Source: Chlamydiota bacterium (GTDB lineage: Bacteria > Auribacterota > Tritonobacteria > UBA1439). From it: a stretch of DNA of 28,465 nt. The stretch covers positions 1-28,465 of the forward strand of contig JBAXOY010000028.1 of NCBI GenBank assembly GCA_037133055.1. Reading direction: 5' to 3'. Shown piece by piece: positions 8,799-17,195 of this stretch. Positions within the stretch are counted from its first letter, which is position 1, and each line of letters opens with the position of its first letter. The notes below the pieces were generated by a model, which was given only the letters and a program-made list of their open reading frames with translations, had not been told where the DNA came from and searched no databases. The position numbers and the translations under genes were made by a program.

Positions 8799-9470
8799 CT
8801 ACTTCTTCGCCGCCGCCTTTGACTTCTTCTTGAGCGCCTTCTTGATCACGAGATAGGCGCCGTTCGCGCCCGGCACCGCCCCGCCGATGAGAAGGATGTT
8901 CTTGTCATCGAGCACCTTGACCACTTTCAGGTTCTGGACGGTGGCCCGGGCGTTGCCCATCTGGCCGGCCATGCCGAGCCCCTTGAACACCCTTCCCGGG
9001 AACGAGTGCTGGCCCACCGAGCCGCCGTGGCGGAAACACTCGTGTGTGCCGTGGCCGGCGTCGAAGCCGTGGAAGTGATGGCGCTTGATGACGCCGGCGA
9101 AGCCCTTCCCCTTCGAGACTCCGCAGACGTCGACGAACTCGCCCTCCTGGAAGACGGCGGCGCCGATGACCTGCCCGGCGGTGAAGTTCTTGAACTCGTC
9201 CCCGGAGACGCGCACCTCCCGGAGAAACTTGAATGGGGGTGTGCCCGCCTTCGTGAAGTGCCCCAGGAGGGGCTTCGTGAACGATTTGGCCTTGCCCTCG
9301 TTGAAACCGAGCTGCAGGGCGTGGTAGCCCCCCGCGTTGCCGTTCTTGAGCTGGACGACCGTACAGGGGCCTGCCTGAATGACGGTGACCTGCACGGCCT
9401 TCCCGTCGTCGGTGAATACCTGGGTCATGCCCAGCTTCATGCCCAAGAGCCCCATTTTATAATCTCTCAT
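8799..9470 (-). CDS. rplC: 50S ribosomal protein L3 (uL3), isolated copy
   Basis: GMKLGMTQVF, VTVIQAGPC, SKGKGFAGVIKRH, PGRVFKG, MAGQMG, GAVPG; ATG at 9470 after GAGGA. Confidence 0.95.
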   Translation of the reverse strand: MRDYKMGLLGMKLGMTQVFTDDGKAVQVTVIQAGPCTVVQLKNGNAGGYHALQLGFNEGKAKSFTKPLLGHFTKAGTPPFKFLREVRVSGDEFKNFTAGQVIGAAVFQEGEFVDVCGVSKGKGFAGVIKRHHFHGFDAGHGTHECFRHGGSVGQHSFPGRVFKGLGMAGQMGNARATVQNLKVVKVLDDKNILLIGGAVPGANGAYLVIKKALKKKSKAAAKK

Positions 9471-9508
9471 TATGACATCCTCATTATGCCAGCCTTGTGG
9501 AGGGGGTA

Positions 9509-9536
9509 AGTATATACAAAAACGGGGCATCCGCAA
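9509..9536 (-). promoter_or_regulatory. Putative promoter of rplC
   Basis: TTGCGG-16 bp-TATACT on the minus strand. Confidence 0.5.
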
Positions 9537-10088
9537 CTATTTTTTTGGGGCACTATTTTTTGGGGCCCGCGCCCCGACAACGGGAACTGGGGAAGCCGCA
9601 AGAGGATGAGGAGAAGGGGAACGCGCGGCGGGCGGGGGCTTGGGAGGGGCTGAAAGGCCCTTGAGCGCTCCGGCGCCCTTGTCGTCGAAATAGGCCTCCA
9701 TCATGTTCGATTTGTCCGGGCGCTGGAGGATCACCGAGATCTTGGTATCCCCGCAAAAGTTCTTCATCTTCTGGAGGAGCGCGAGGAGGGAGTCGTCGAA
9801 TCCCTGTCGTGTCGTATCGAATGCCTTGTCCCCATCGGGTGAAAGGATGAGGATGAGGAAACGGTTGGAATCCTTGTCTTCCCGCTCGGTGACGACGAAC
9901 GACTTCGAGTAGTAGCGCCCCTGCCCTCGGTCGGAGAGGAGCCGCGCGGCCGCCTGCGCCGCCTCCATGCCCGCCGCGGAGTCCGAGAAGCACACGATCT
10001 CCTCGATGGAGAGCGCCTTGTCGGAGGCCGCGTACGAGGCGGAGGCGGCGACCAGCATCCCCAGCAGCATCCCCTGATATCTCTTCAT
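9537..10088 (-). CDS. Hypothetical exported protein with Pro-rich C-terminal tail
   Basis: MKRY plus hydrophobic signal peptide with an A-x-A type cleavage region; host-like codon usage; no recognised family. Confidence 0.7.
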   Translation of the reverse strand: MKRYQGMLLGMLVAASASYAASDKALSIEEIVCFSDSAAGMEAAQAAARLLSDRGQGRYYSKSFVVTEREDKDSNRFLILILSPDGDKAFDTTRQGFDDSLLALLQKMKNFCGDTKISVILQRPDKSNMMEAYFDDKGAGALKGLSAPPKPPPAARSPSPHPLAASPVPVVGARAPKNSAPKK

Positions 10089-10218
10089 GGCGTATGCGTC
10101 CCGCCTCAGGCGCGAAACCCGAGTGCGATTCCACGTGATGCTATGCTACCATACCCGAGGCGAAAATCAAGAATGAGAAGAAGGGGAGTCGGTCATTACT
10201 ACAGCCCGAGCTGCAATA

Positions 10219-11109
10219 GTGTGTGTTGTCATCATAACTCTTCTCCCGGCCACCGTGTGCCCGGGCGCGGAGATCGGGAAAACCGGTGTTCCCCGAGGGC
10301 CGCAGGTCCAACGGGCGGCGTCCGTGACGGTGCGGGAAGTCGAAGCGCTCGACATGGCGGAGGCGATCGCGAAGGAGGAAGCCCACCGCCGGAGCCGCGG
10401 GGAGACCGCGGCAACGGACGGGGAGCCCGCGGGATGGTTTTCGCTCGGGCGCCTTTTCGGGAGGAAGCCGCGCCCCGTGACCGGGGCGGCGAGCGAAGTC
10501 GTCGGGCCCGGCACGGTGGGTGAACCGGCAGCCCTGCCGCTCACGGCGCCGTCGCCGCTTCCCGCCCCCGCGGGCTCCGGCGCGGAGGACGGCGACCGGG
10601 AACTCTCGGAGATGCTCCTCGGCGATGCCGGGAGCCTCGCCGAAAAGGGAGACACCGGGGGGGCGATCGCCGTCCTGGGCGCGCTGTTGGAGAAGGCCCC
10701 TGACTTCGCGGAGGCGTGGGGCGCGCGGGCGAAGTTATTACTCGCGAAGCAGGAGTACGCGCGCGCGGTCGAAGACTACCGCAAGGCTCTCGCCATCGAG
10801 GGGGGGGACATCGAATCCCATTACGGGATGGGAACCGCCCTGGAGAAATGGGCGGAAAAAATAGAGGCGGAGGGGGGCGGGGGAGGGGCGAGCGAGAAGT
10901 ATCGCGACGCGGCCCTCGAGTACAAGGCGGTGCTCTGGCGGCGGCCCGACTACCCCCCGGCCTGCTACAGTCTCGGATGCGTCTACGCGAGGATGGGCAA
11001 GAAGGATGACGCGCTCTACTATTTCAGGAAGACCCTTGAGAGGGCCGAGAAGGATTCCGACCTCGCGCGCCGCGCCCGGTACAACATGAAGCTGCTGGGG
11101 GAGTACTGA
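10219..11109 (+). CDS. Tetratricopeptide-repeat protein, probably exported (start uncertain)
   Basis: TPR-like units (AEAWGARAKLLL...EYARAVEDYRKAL; ACYSLGCVYARMGKKDDALYYFRKTL); hydrophobic N-terminus. Confidence 0.8.
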   Translation: MCVVIITLLPATVCPGAEIGKTGVPRGPQVQRAASVTVREVEALDMAEAIAKEEAHRRSRGETAATDGEPAGWFSLGRLFGRKPRPVTGAASEVVGPGTVGEPAALPLTAPSPLPAPAGSGAEDGDRELSEMLLGDAGSLAEKGDTGGAIAVLGALLEKAPDFAEAWGARAKLLLAKQEYARAVEDYRKALAIEGGDIESHYGMGTALEKWAEKIEAEGGGGGASEKYRDAALEYKAVLWRRPDYPPACYSLGCVYARMGKKDDALYYFRKTLERAEKDSDLARRARYNMKLLGEY

Positions 11110-11115
11110 AAGGAC

Positions 11116-11213
11116 GTGTGCGGGTATGCGCGTGAGGGCGTCTGAGCGTAAGGGCATGCACTGACCAGTCGTTGTTTCTGCGCGCACACCCGCAGACGCT
11201 CACACGCCCTTAC
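11116..11213. repeat. Inverted octamer arrays between convergent genes
   Basis: GTGTGCGG GTATGCGC GTGAGGGC GTCTGAGC GTAAGGGC (11116-11155) versus GCGCACAC CCGCAGAC GCTCACAC GCCCTTAC (11182-11213). Confidence 0.85.
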
Positions 11214-11217
11214 GGCC

Positions 11218-12531
11218 TCACATTTCTTTCTCGATCAGCCCGAGGCACTCGTCGAGGGTGCGGACGATGAACTCCGTATCGCCCTTGTCGATGCAGAGCG
11301 GGGGCTTGATACGCACGACGTTGCCCGCCATTGCGCCCTTGCCGATGAGCAGCCCCCGGTCCTTGCACAGGTCCATGAGGCGGAGCGTCTCCTTCGCCGC
11401 GGGCTCCTTGGTCTTCCGGTCGCGAACGAGCTCGATCCCCAGCATGAGCCCCTTCCCGCGCACCTCGCCGATCATCCGGTGCTTCTCCTGCAGGCCCCGG
11501 AAGCCGTCGATAAGCCTGTCGCCCATCAGCTTCGCGTTGTGCGGGTAGTTGTGCTTCTCGATCACCTCGAGCACCCCGAGTCCCTGGGTCATCGACACCG
11601 GGTTTCCGCCGTAGGTGTTGAAGTGCACCTTCCCGCGCATCGATTCCGCGATCGGGCGCGTGGTGGTCACGCCGCCGAGCGGGACGCCGTTCCCGATGCC
11701 CTTCGCCATGGTGATGATGTCCGGGACGCAGCCCCACTGCTCGATACCCCACATCCTGTCGCCGGTCCGCCCGAATCCGGTCTGGACCTCGTCGGCGATG
11801 CAGAGGCCGCCGTACCTGCGGACGATCTCGTAGATGATGCCGAAATACTCCTTCGGGGGGCAGACGACGCCGCCGAACCCCTGGATCGGCTCGGCGATGA
11901 AGCCGGCAATGTGGCCGGAGGTCGAGTATTTGATGATCTCCTCGACCTGCTTTGCGCAGACCAGATCGCAGGAGGGGTAGGTGAGGGAGTAGGGGCACCG
12001 GTAGCAGTAACCGGCCGGCGCGTGGGAGACCCCGAAGACGTACGGGAGGCTGTGGCGCCAGGCGGACTGCCCCGTCAGGGTCATCGCCATGAGGGTCCTG
12101 CCGTGGAACGAGTGGCGCAGGGCGATGAACTCCTGCTGTTTGGTGAAGTTCTTCGCCAGGAGCGCGGAGAGCTCGGTCGCCTCGGCGCCGCTGTTCGTAA
12201 AAAAGCTCACCTTGAGCTCTCCGGGCATCACCCCCGCAAGCGTTTTCGCGTAGACGGCGATCACCGGGTGGTAGTAGAGGGTGGTCATGTGCTGGAGCGT
12301 CTGCACCTGCTTCACCACCTTCGGCACGATGTCCGGGTGGCAGTGCCCGACGCTGATCGTGACGACGGCGCTGAACCCGTCGAGGTACCGCTTCCCGGCG
12401 GCGTCATAGACGTACTGCATCTCTCCGCGGACGATCTCCACCGGCGTGGTGAAATAGCTCATTGTGCTCGGCAGGAGATACTCCTCCCGCATCTTCCTGA
12501 TCTCGTCGACCGTGTAGTTCCGCTCTTCCAT
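11218..12531 (-). CDS. Class III PLP aminotransferase (AGXT2/PydD-like, likely beta-alanine transaminase)
   Basis: FTNSGAEA, SFHGRT, AEPIQG, ADEVQTGFGRTG, MAKGIGNG, NTYGGNP; ATG at 12531 after AAGGAG; substrate inferred from context. Confidence 0.85.
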   Translation of the reverse strand: MEERNYTVDEIRKMREEYLLPSTMSYFTTPVEIVRGEMQYVYDAAGKRYLDGFSAVVTISVGHCHPDIVPKVVKQVQTLQHMTTLYYHPVIAVYAKTLAGVMPGELKVSFFTNSGAEATELSALLAKNFTKQQEFIALRHSFHGRTLMAMTLTGQSAWRHSLPYVFGVSHAPAGYCYRCPYSLTYPSCDLVCAKQVEEIIKYSTSGHIAGFIAEPIQGFGGVVCPPKEYFGIIYEIVRRYGGLCIADEVQTGFGRTGDRMWGIEQWGCVPDIITMAKGIGNGVPLGGVTTTRPIAESMRGKVHFNTYGGNPVSMTQGLGVLEVIEKHNYPHNAKLMGDRLIDGFRGLQEKHRMIGEVRGKGLMLGIELVRDRKTKEPAAKETLRLMDLCKDRGLLIGKGAMAGNVVRIKPPLCIDKGDTEFIVRTLDECLGLIEKEM

Positions 12532-12594
12532 GTGCGAATGGCTCCTTTCCAGATCCCCTGTGCCTGCGATATACGGGTTGAACCGCTTGAACAA

Positions 12595-13995
12595 TTACTG
12601 TCGTATCCTTCCCTCGATTCCTCCCCACGGGGCGCGCTTCACGAAGCGCCCCCACCCCTTCTCGCCCGCGAACTTCCCGTTCTTCGCGACGAGGCGCCCG
12701 CGGCTGAAGGTCATCGCCGGGTAACCGGCAAGGGTCCATCCGTTGAACGGCGACCAGTCGCAATTTGTCTGGAGCCTCCCCGGCGAGACGACGAACTTTT
12801 TGCGCGGGTCAAAGACCACCACGTCGGCGTCGGCGCCGATCGAGAGCGTCCCCTTCCGCGGATAGAGGCCGTGGATGCGCGCCGGGTTCGCGCTCACGAG
12901 CTGCACGAGGCGGTTCAGCGAGAAGCGGCCCTTGGCGGCTCCGAAGGCGTGCATGAGCGGGAGCATCGTCTCCACCCCCGGCATCCCGAACGGGATCTTC
13001 GTGAAATCGCCGCCCCACATCGCCTTCTGTTTCTTCGTGAATGTGCAGGTGTCGGTCGCGATGAGCGAAAGCTCCCCGTTGATCACCGCGCGCCAGAGGC
13101 GCTCCGCGTCCGCCTTCGTCTTTATCTGGGGGCAGGTGGCGAACAGGTGCCCGTCCCTTCTTTTAAAGACCGACTCGTCCAGCAGGAGGTACTGCGGACA
13201 GGTCTCCCCGTAGACGTGCACGCCGCGCTCCTGGCCGGCCTTGATGATGTCGGCGGACCCTCCGGCGGAGACGTGGACGATATAGACGCGCCCGCCCGTG
13301 ACCTCGGCCCACTTCACGGCCCTCTGGACCGCCTCCTCCTCGACGAACGCCGGCCGGGAGAGGGCATGCCCCCATGCGCCGAGCTTCCGGTAGCGTGCGT
13401 GGTGCCGCCGGACGAGGCCGTCCAAAACGAACACGCTCTCGGCGTGCAGCTCGATCATCGAGCCGGTGCGCGCGGTCTCCTCGAGGGCGCTGTAGAGCAT
13501 GTAGTCGTCCGCCATCCAGCCCTGGTCCTTGTAGATCATGAACATCTTGACCGTGGGGATGCCGGCGTCGACGAGCCGGGAGAGGTCTTTGCGCGACGCG
13601 TCGCTCCAGTCGGTGATCCCGGCGTGGAGGGAATAGTCCACGCAGACCCTCCCGTCCGCCTCTTTCTTCCGGTTCGCCACCGCCTCCATCACCGGGCGCC
13701 CCTTTGCCTGGATGGCGTAGTCGATGACCGTGGTGACGCCCCCGCACGCCGCGGCCTTCGTGCCGTTCTCGAAGTCGTCGGAGGAGACCGTGCCGCAGAA
13801 GGGGAGCTGGAAGTGGACGTGCGCGTCGATCGCCCCCGGCATGACGTACATGCCGCGGGCGTCCACCACCCCGGTCCCCTTGCGCGGGGTGAAGCCGCTG
13901 CCGATCGCGGCGATCCGCTCCCCGTCTAGCACCAGGTCGGCCTCGAAACGGTCGGACTCGGTGATCAACGTCCCGCCCCTGATGATCGTGCGCAT
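12595..13995 (-). CDS. hydA: Dihydropyrimidinase (D-hydantoinase)
   Basis: PGAIDAHVH, AAACGGVTTVID, HAE, IVHVS, GETCPQYL, GMPGVET, GADADVV. Confidence 0.92.
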   Translation of the reverse strand: MRTIIRGGTLITESDRFEADLVLDGERIAAIGSGFTPRKGTGVVDARGMYVMPGAIDAHVHFQLPFCGTVSSDDFENGTKAAACGGVTTVIDYAIQAKGRPVMEAVANRKKEADGRVCVDYSLHAGITDWSDASRKDLSRLVDAGIPTVKMFMIYKDQGWMADDYMLYSALEETARTGSMIELHAESVFVLDGLVRRHHARYRKLGAWGHALSRPAFVEEEAVQRAVKWAEVTGGRVYIVHVSAGGSADIIKAGQERGVHVYGETCPQYLLLDESVFKRRDGHLFATCPQIKTKADAERLWRAVINGELSLIATDTCTFTKKQKAMWGGDFTKIPFGMPGVETMLPLMHAFGAAKGRFSLNRLVQLVSANPARIHGLYPRKGTLSIGADADVVVFDPRKKFVVSPGRLQTNCDWSPFNGWTLAGYPAMTFSRGRLVAKNGKFAGEKGWGRFVKRAPWGGIEGRIRQ

Positions 13996-14022
13996 GGGCC
14001 CTCCGCGAAATTCCCGCGACGT

Positions 14023-15261
14023 TTAATGTTTCTTCAGCGGCACGGTCGATTTTTCCATCGTGATGCAGCCTTCGACGGGGCAGACGTGCGAACAGAGGCT
14101 GCAGCCCGTGCACTTCTCCTCTTCCACCGAGGGCTCGCGCTTCTTGCCGTCCCACGCGATCGCCTGGTACGCCGAGTCCCTGCAGGCGACGTGGCAGAGC
14201 CCGCAGCCGATGCAGGCGTCCTTGTTGATGTGCGAGACCACGCGGTAGTCGCGGCTCAGGGCCTCGTGCATGGTGATCTTCTGCGCCGCCAGGCCGACCA
14301 TCTTGGCGACCGACGTGAAGGAGTGGTCGTCCATGTAGTTTGCGAGCCCGTCGCAGATGTCATCGATGATCCGGTAGCCCCAGTGCATCACCGCGGTGCA
14401 GACCTGGACCGTGGTCGCCCCGAGCAGGATGAACTCAGCCGCGTCGCGCCAGGTCCCGACCCCGCCGATGCCCGAGACGGCGCAGTTCGTCGATTTGAAT
14501 ATCTCGCAGACCGCCCGCAGGGCGATCGGCTTCATCCCCGGCCCCGAGCAGCCGCCGTAGGTGCTGTGGCCGTTCACCGAGGGCAGCGGATCGAGGGTAT
14601 CGAGGTCCACCCCGATCAGCCCGGCGACGGTGTTGATCGCCGAGATCGCGTCCGCGCCGCCGGCCTGAGCGGCCTTCGCGGTCACCTTGATGTCGGTGAT
14701 GTTCGGGGTGAGCTTGATGATGACGGGGATCTGGGATATGTCCTTGACCCACTGGGTGATGTGCTTGGTAATCTCCGGGTCCTGGCTGCAGATGCTCCCC
14801 ATGCCGCGCTCGGGCATGCCGTGCGGGCACCCGAGGTTGCATTCGATCATATCGGCGCCCGAGCCCTGCACGCTGCGGGTGAGCTCCTGCCAGTCCTTTT
14901 TCGCCGTGCCCGCGGCCATGATGCTCGCGATCACGACGTGGTCCGGGTAGCGCTTCTTTATCTGGCCCATTTCCTTCAGCCAGACCCGGACGCCGCGGTC
15001 GGTCGTGAGCTCGATGTTCTGGATGACCGACATGCGGTTCTTCCCGTAGCTGAGGGAGGCGAGCCGGGGGGCGACGTTCAGGACCGGCTCGCCCTCGGGG
15101 ACCAGCGTCTTGATGACGGCACCCCCCCATCCCGCGTCGAAGGCGCGCATGATCATCTCGCCCGTGGTGGTGGGCGGCGCCGAGGCCAGGATGAACGGGT
15201 TCTTGAACTTCACTCCGCAGAAGTCCACGCCGAGGAGCGGGTGTTGTGTCGAGTCTGCCAT
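14023..15261 (-). CDS. preA: Dihydropyrimidine dehydrogenase FMN/Fe-S subunit
   Basis: NPFILASAPPT, NIELTTDR, catalytic NLGCPHGMPERGMG, KLTPN, and two C-terminal CxxCxxCxxxC clusters. Confidence 0.93.
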   Translation of the reverse strand: MADSTQHPLLGVDFCGVKFKNPFILASAPPTTTGEMIMRAFDAGWGGAVIKTLVPEGEPVLNVAPRLASLSYGKNRMSVIQNIELTTDRGVRVWLKEMGQIKKRYPDHVVIASIMAAGTAKKDWQELTRSVQGSGADMIECNLGCPHGMPERGMGSICSQDPEITKHITQWVKDISQIPVIIKLTPNITDIKVTAKAAQAGGADAISAINTVAGLIGVDLDTLDPLPSVNGHSTYGGCSGPGMKPIALRAVCEIFKSTNCAVSGIGGVGTWRDAAEFILLGATTVQVCTAVMHWGYRIIDDICDGLANYMDDHSFTSVAKMVGLAAQKITMHEALSRDYRVVSHINKDACIGCGLCHVACRDSAYQAIAWDGKKREPSVEEEKCTGCSLCSHVCPVEGCITMEKSTVPLKKH

Positions 15262-15304
15262 GTACGTCCTCCCTTAGTTCATCGCCCGGTGCTGCACTAT
15301 CTTT

Positions 15305-15328
15305 CTCGATAGCTCGATAGCTTGATCG
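15305..15328. repeat. Short octamer tandem between preT and preA
   Basis: CTCGATAG CTCGATAG CTTGATCG. Confidence 0.6.
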
Positions 15329-15330
15329 CT

Positions 15331-16668
15331 CTAGCGCTTCCTCAGGTACTTGTCTATCGCCTCCGCGGCGGCCTTTCCGGCCGCGATGGCCTCGACGGCG
15401 GTGGCTCCCCCGTTGACCGCGTCGCCCCCGGCGAACACGCCGGGGAGGTTCGTGAGAACGTTCGCCTTCGTCTTGACACAGCCCCGGGCGTCGATCTTCA
15501 GGCCGAGCGCTGCATGGAGGCCGGCATCCGGGTCCTGACCGAGCGCCTGGATGACGGTGTCCGCCTCGAGGATGAACTCGGAGCCGGGGATGGGGATGGG
15601 GCGGGGCCGCCCGGATTCGTCCTTTGGGCCCAGCTTCATCTTGACGCATTCGACCGCCTCGACCCTCTTCTTCCCGATGATCCTCTTCGGGGCGGTGAGG
15701 AGCATGAACTCGGTCCCTTCGCGAAAGGTCATCGCAACCTCGCTCTCCCACGCGGGCATTTCCGCCATGCCGCGGCGGTAAATGATGAGCACGCGCTTCG
15801 CTCCGAGCCGGAGGGCCGTCCCCGCGCAGTCCATCGCGGTGTTGCCGGCGCCGAAGATGGCGACCGTTTCCCCCACCCGGGGTTTCTTCGGGCCGAACTT
15901 GGCGGCGGCGATGAAGTCGAGGGCGTCCCATACCCCCTCCATCTTCGTCTGCTCGATGTTCTGCCGGTGGGATTTCCATGCGCCGGTGCCGACGAAGACC
16001 GCGGAAAAGCCCGCCGCTTTGAGCTTCGGAAGACTGGTGATCTTTTTCCCGGTGAGGATCTTGACCCCCGCCTTCCTGATCCCGTCGATCTCGGCGTCGA
16101 CGATATCCTGATCCAGACGGTACGAGGGAATGCCGTAGGTGAGCATCCCCCCCGCCTTATTGTTCTGCTCGAACACGGTGACGTCATAGCCGCGCCTGGC
16201 GCACTCGATCGCGCAGGTGAGCCCCGCGGGTCCCGCGCCGACGCAGGCGACCTTCTTCGCCCCCTTGCGGATCGCGACCGCGGGCGGGAGCGCGCCTTTC
16301 AGGAGATCGAGATCCGCGACGTAGCGCTGGAGCGTGGCGATATCGAGCGGGGAGGTGGCGAACTGATTCCGGCAGGCGCCGATGCAGAACTCCTCCGCGG
16401 GGCAGATACGCCCGCAGACGCTGGCGAACGGGTTCGAGTCCTTGATTATCCTGATGGCGCTCCGGAGGTCGCCCACAAAGATCCGCCTGATGAACGCGCT
16501 CACGTCAACGCCGCTCGGGCACCCGGTGCTGCAGGGCGCATCGAGGCAGTAGTTGCAGCGGACGGCCTCTTTCTGGGCGAGGTTGTGCGGGATCGGCTTG
16601 TGGATTTCCTTCCAGTCCTTGATACGTTCCTTTACGGGCCGCTCGGTCGATCGCGTCATGCCGCTCAT
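15331..16668 (-). CDS. preT: Dihydropyrimidine dehydrogenase FAD/NAD(P) subunit (GltD-like)
   Basis: RCNYCLDAPCSTGCP, CGRICP, GAGPAG, GAGNTAMD, YRR, FAGGD; directly upstream of preA; RBS GAGGAGG. Confidence 0.85.
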   Translation of the reverse strand: MSGMTRSTERPVKERIKDWKEIHKPIPHNLAQKEAVRCNYCLDAPCSTGCPSGVDVSAFIRRIFVGDLRSAIRIIKDSNPFASVCGRICPAEEFCIGACRNQFATSPLDIATLQRYVADLDLLKGALPPAVAIRKGAKKVACVGAGPAGLTCAIECARRGYDVTVFEQNNKAGGMLTYGIPSYRLDQDIVDAEIDGIRKAGVKILTGKKITSLPKLKAAGFSAVFVGTGAWKSHRQNIEQTKMEGVWDALDFIAAAKFGPKKPRVGETVAIFGAGNTAMDCAGTALRLGAKRVLIIYRRGMAEMPAWESEVAMTFREGTEFMLLTAPKRIIGKKRVEAVECVKMKLGPKDESGRPRPIPIPGSEFILEADTVIQALGQDPDAGLHAALGLKIDARGCVKTKANVLTNLPGVFAGGDAVNGGATAVEAIAAGKAAAEAIDKYLRKR

Positions 16669-16704
16669 GGATATCCTCCTCGATGAGGGGGGTGAAGAGA
16701 GCGT

Positions 16705-16713
16705 AGTATAGCA
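16705..16713 (-). promoter_or_regulatory. Extended -10 element of the pyrimidine operon
   Basis: TGCTATACT on the minus strand, about 37 nt upstream of the preT start. Confidence 0.55.
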
Positions 16714-16779
16714 TCAACGCGCGTGACCGCGCCACAGTTTTGTCGGTGGGGGTGTCGCGCAAAATTGCGCAAAATTGCC

Positions 16780-16808
16780 TTGCGCCCGCCAGGCGCATGT
16801 GGCAAGAT
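16780..16808 (+). promoter_or_regulatory. Putative promoter of the V/A-ATPase operon
   Basis: TTGCGC-17 bp-CAAGAT with an extended TG. Confidence 0.45.
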
Positions 16809-16881
16809 GGCCGCCGTGCCCGGCACTCGAAAAAGAGCGGCGGCAGCGGCGGAAATGGAGCCCGGAGAGAGGGGTGCCCGT

Positions 16882-17181
16882 ATGGATCTTGAGCAGGAAA
16901 TCATCGCCATCGAAGAATCGGCGGACGCGATCGTCACCGCCGCCCGGACGGAAGCGAAGAGGCTGATGGGATCGCTGGACGAGCGGCGGAAGGTGATACG
17001 GGACGAGATCGCGGCACGCGTCGAGGAGGAGAAGGCGCGGATGACCCGGGAAAACGTCGAGGATGTCACAAAGGCCCTGGCGGATATCTCGCAGGAACGA
17101 GCTCGCGGCGAGGCGGCCGTCGAGAAGGTCCGCGGCGCGCGCGTTTCGGCGTGCGTGCGCGGGATCATAGAGGCACTCTGA
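16882..17181 (+). CDS. V/A-type ATPase peripheral stalk subunit H/G
   Basis: 99-aa charged helical protein (IIAIEESADAIVTAARTEAKR) in the first operon position. Confidence 0.7.
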   Translation: MDLEQEIIAIEESADAIVTAARTEAKRLMGSLDERRKVIRDEIAARVEEEKARMTRENVEDVTKALADISQERARGEAAVEKVRGARVSACVRGIIEAL

Positions 17182-17195
17182 GGGGAGACTGACGC

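Noticed and set aside
11479..13929. Long antisense or alternate-frame ORFs (e.g. 816 aa here, 3245-4921, 21928-23679, 23676-25184)
   Set aside because: Shadow ORFs of high-GC coding sequence overlapping well-supported genes, with no motifs.
12595..13995. ATDTC in place of the common TDHC motif in the dihydropyrimidinase
   Set aside because: The metal-binding Asp and His residues are retained; I cannot show the variant is unusual without an alignment.
15331..16668. Glutamate synthase small subunit (gltD)
   Set aside because: Same fold, but adjacency to preA and the absence of gltB indicate PreT.
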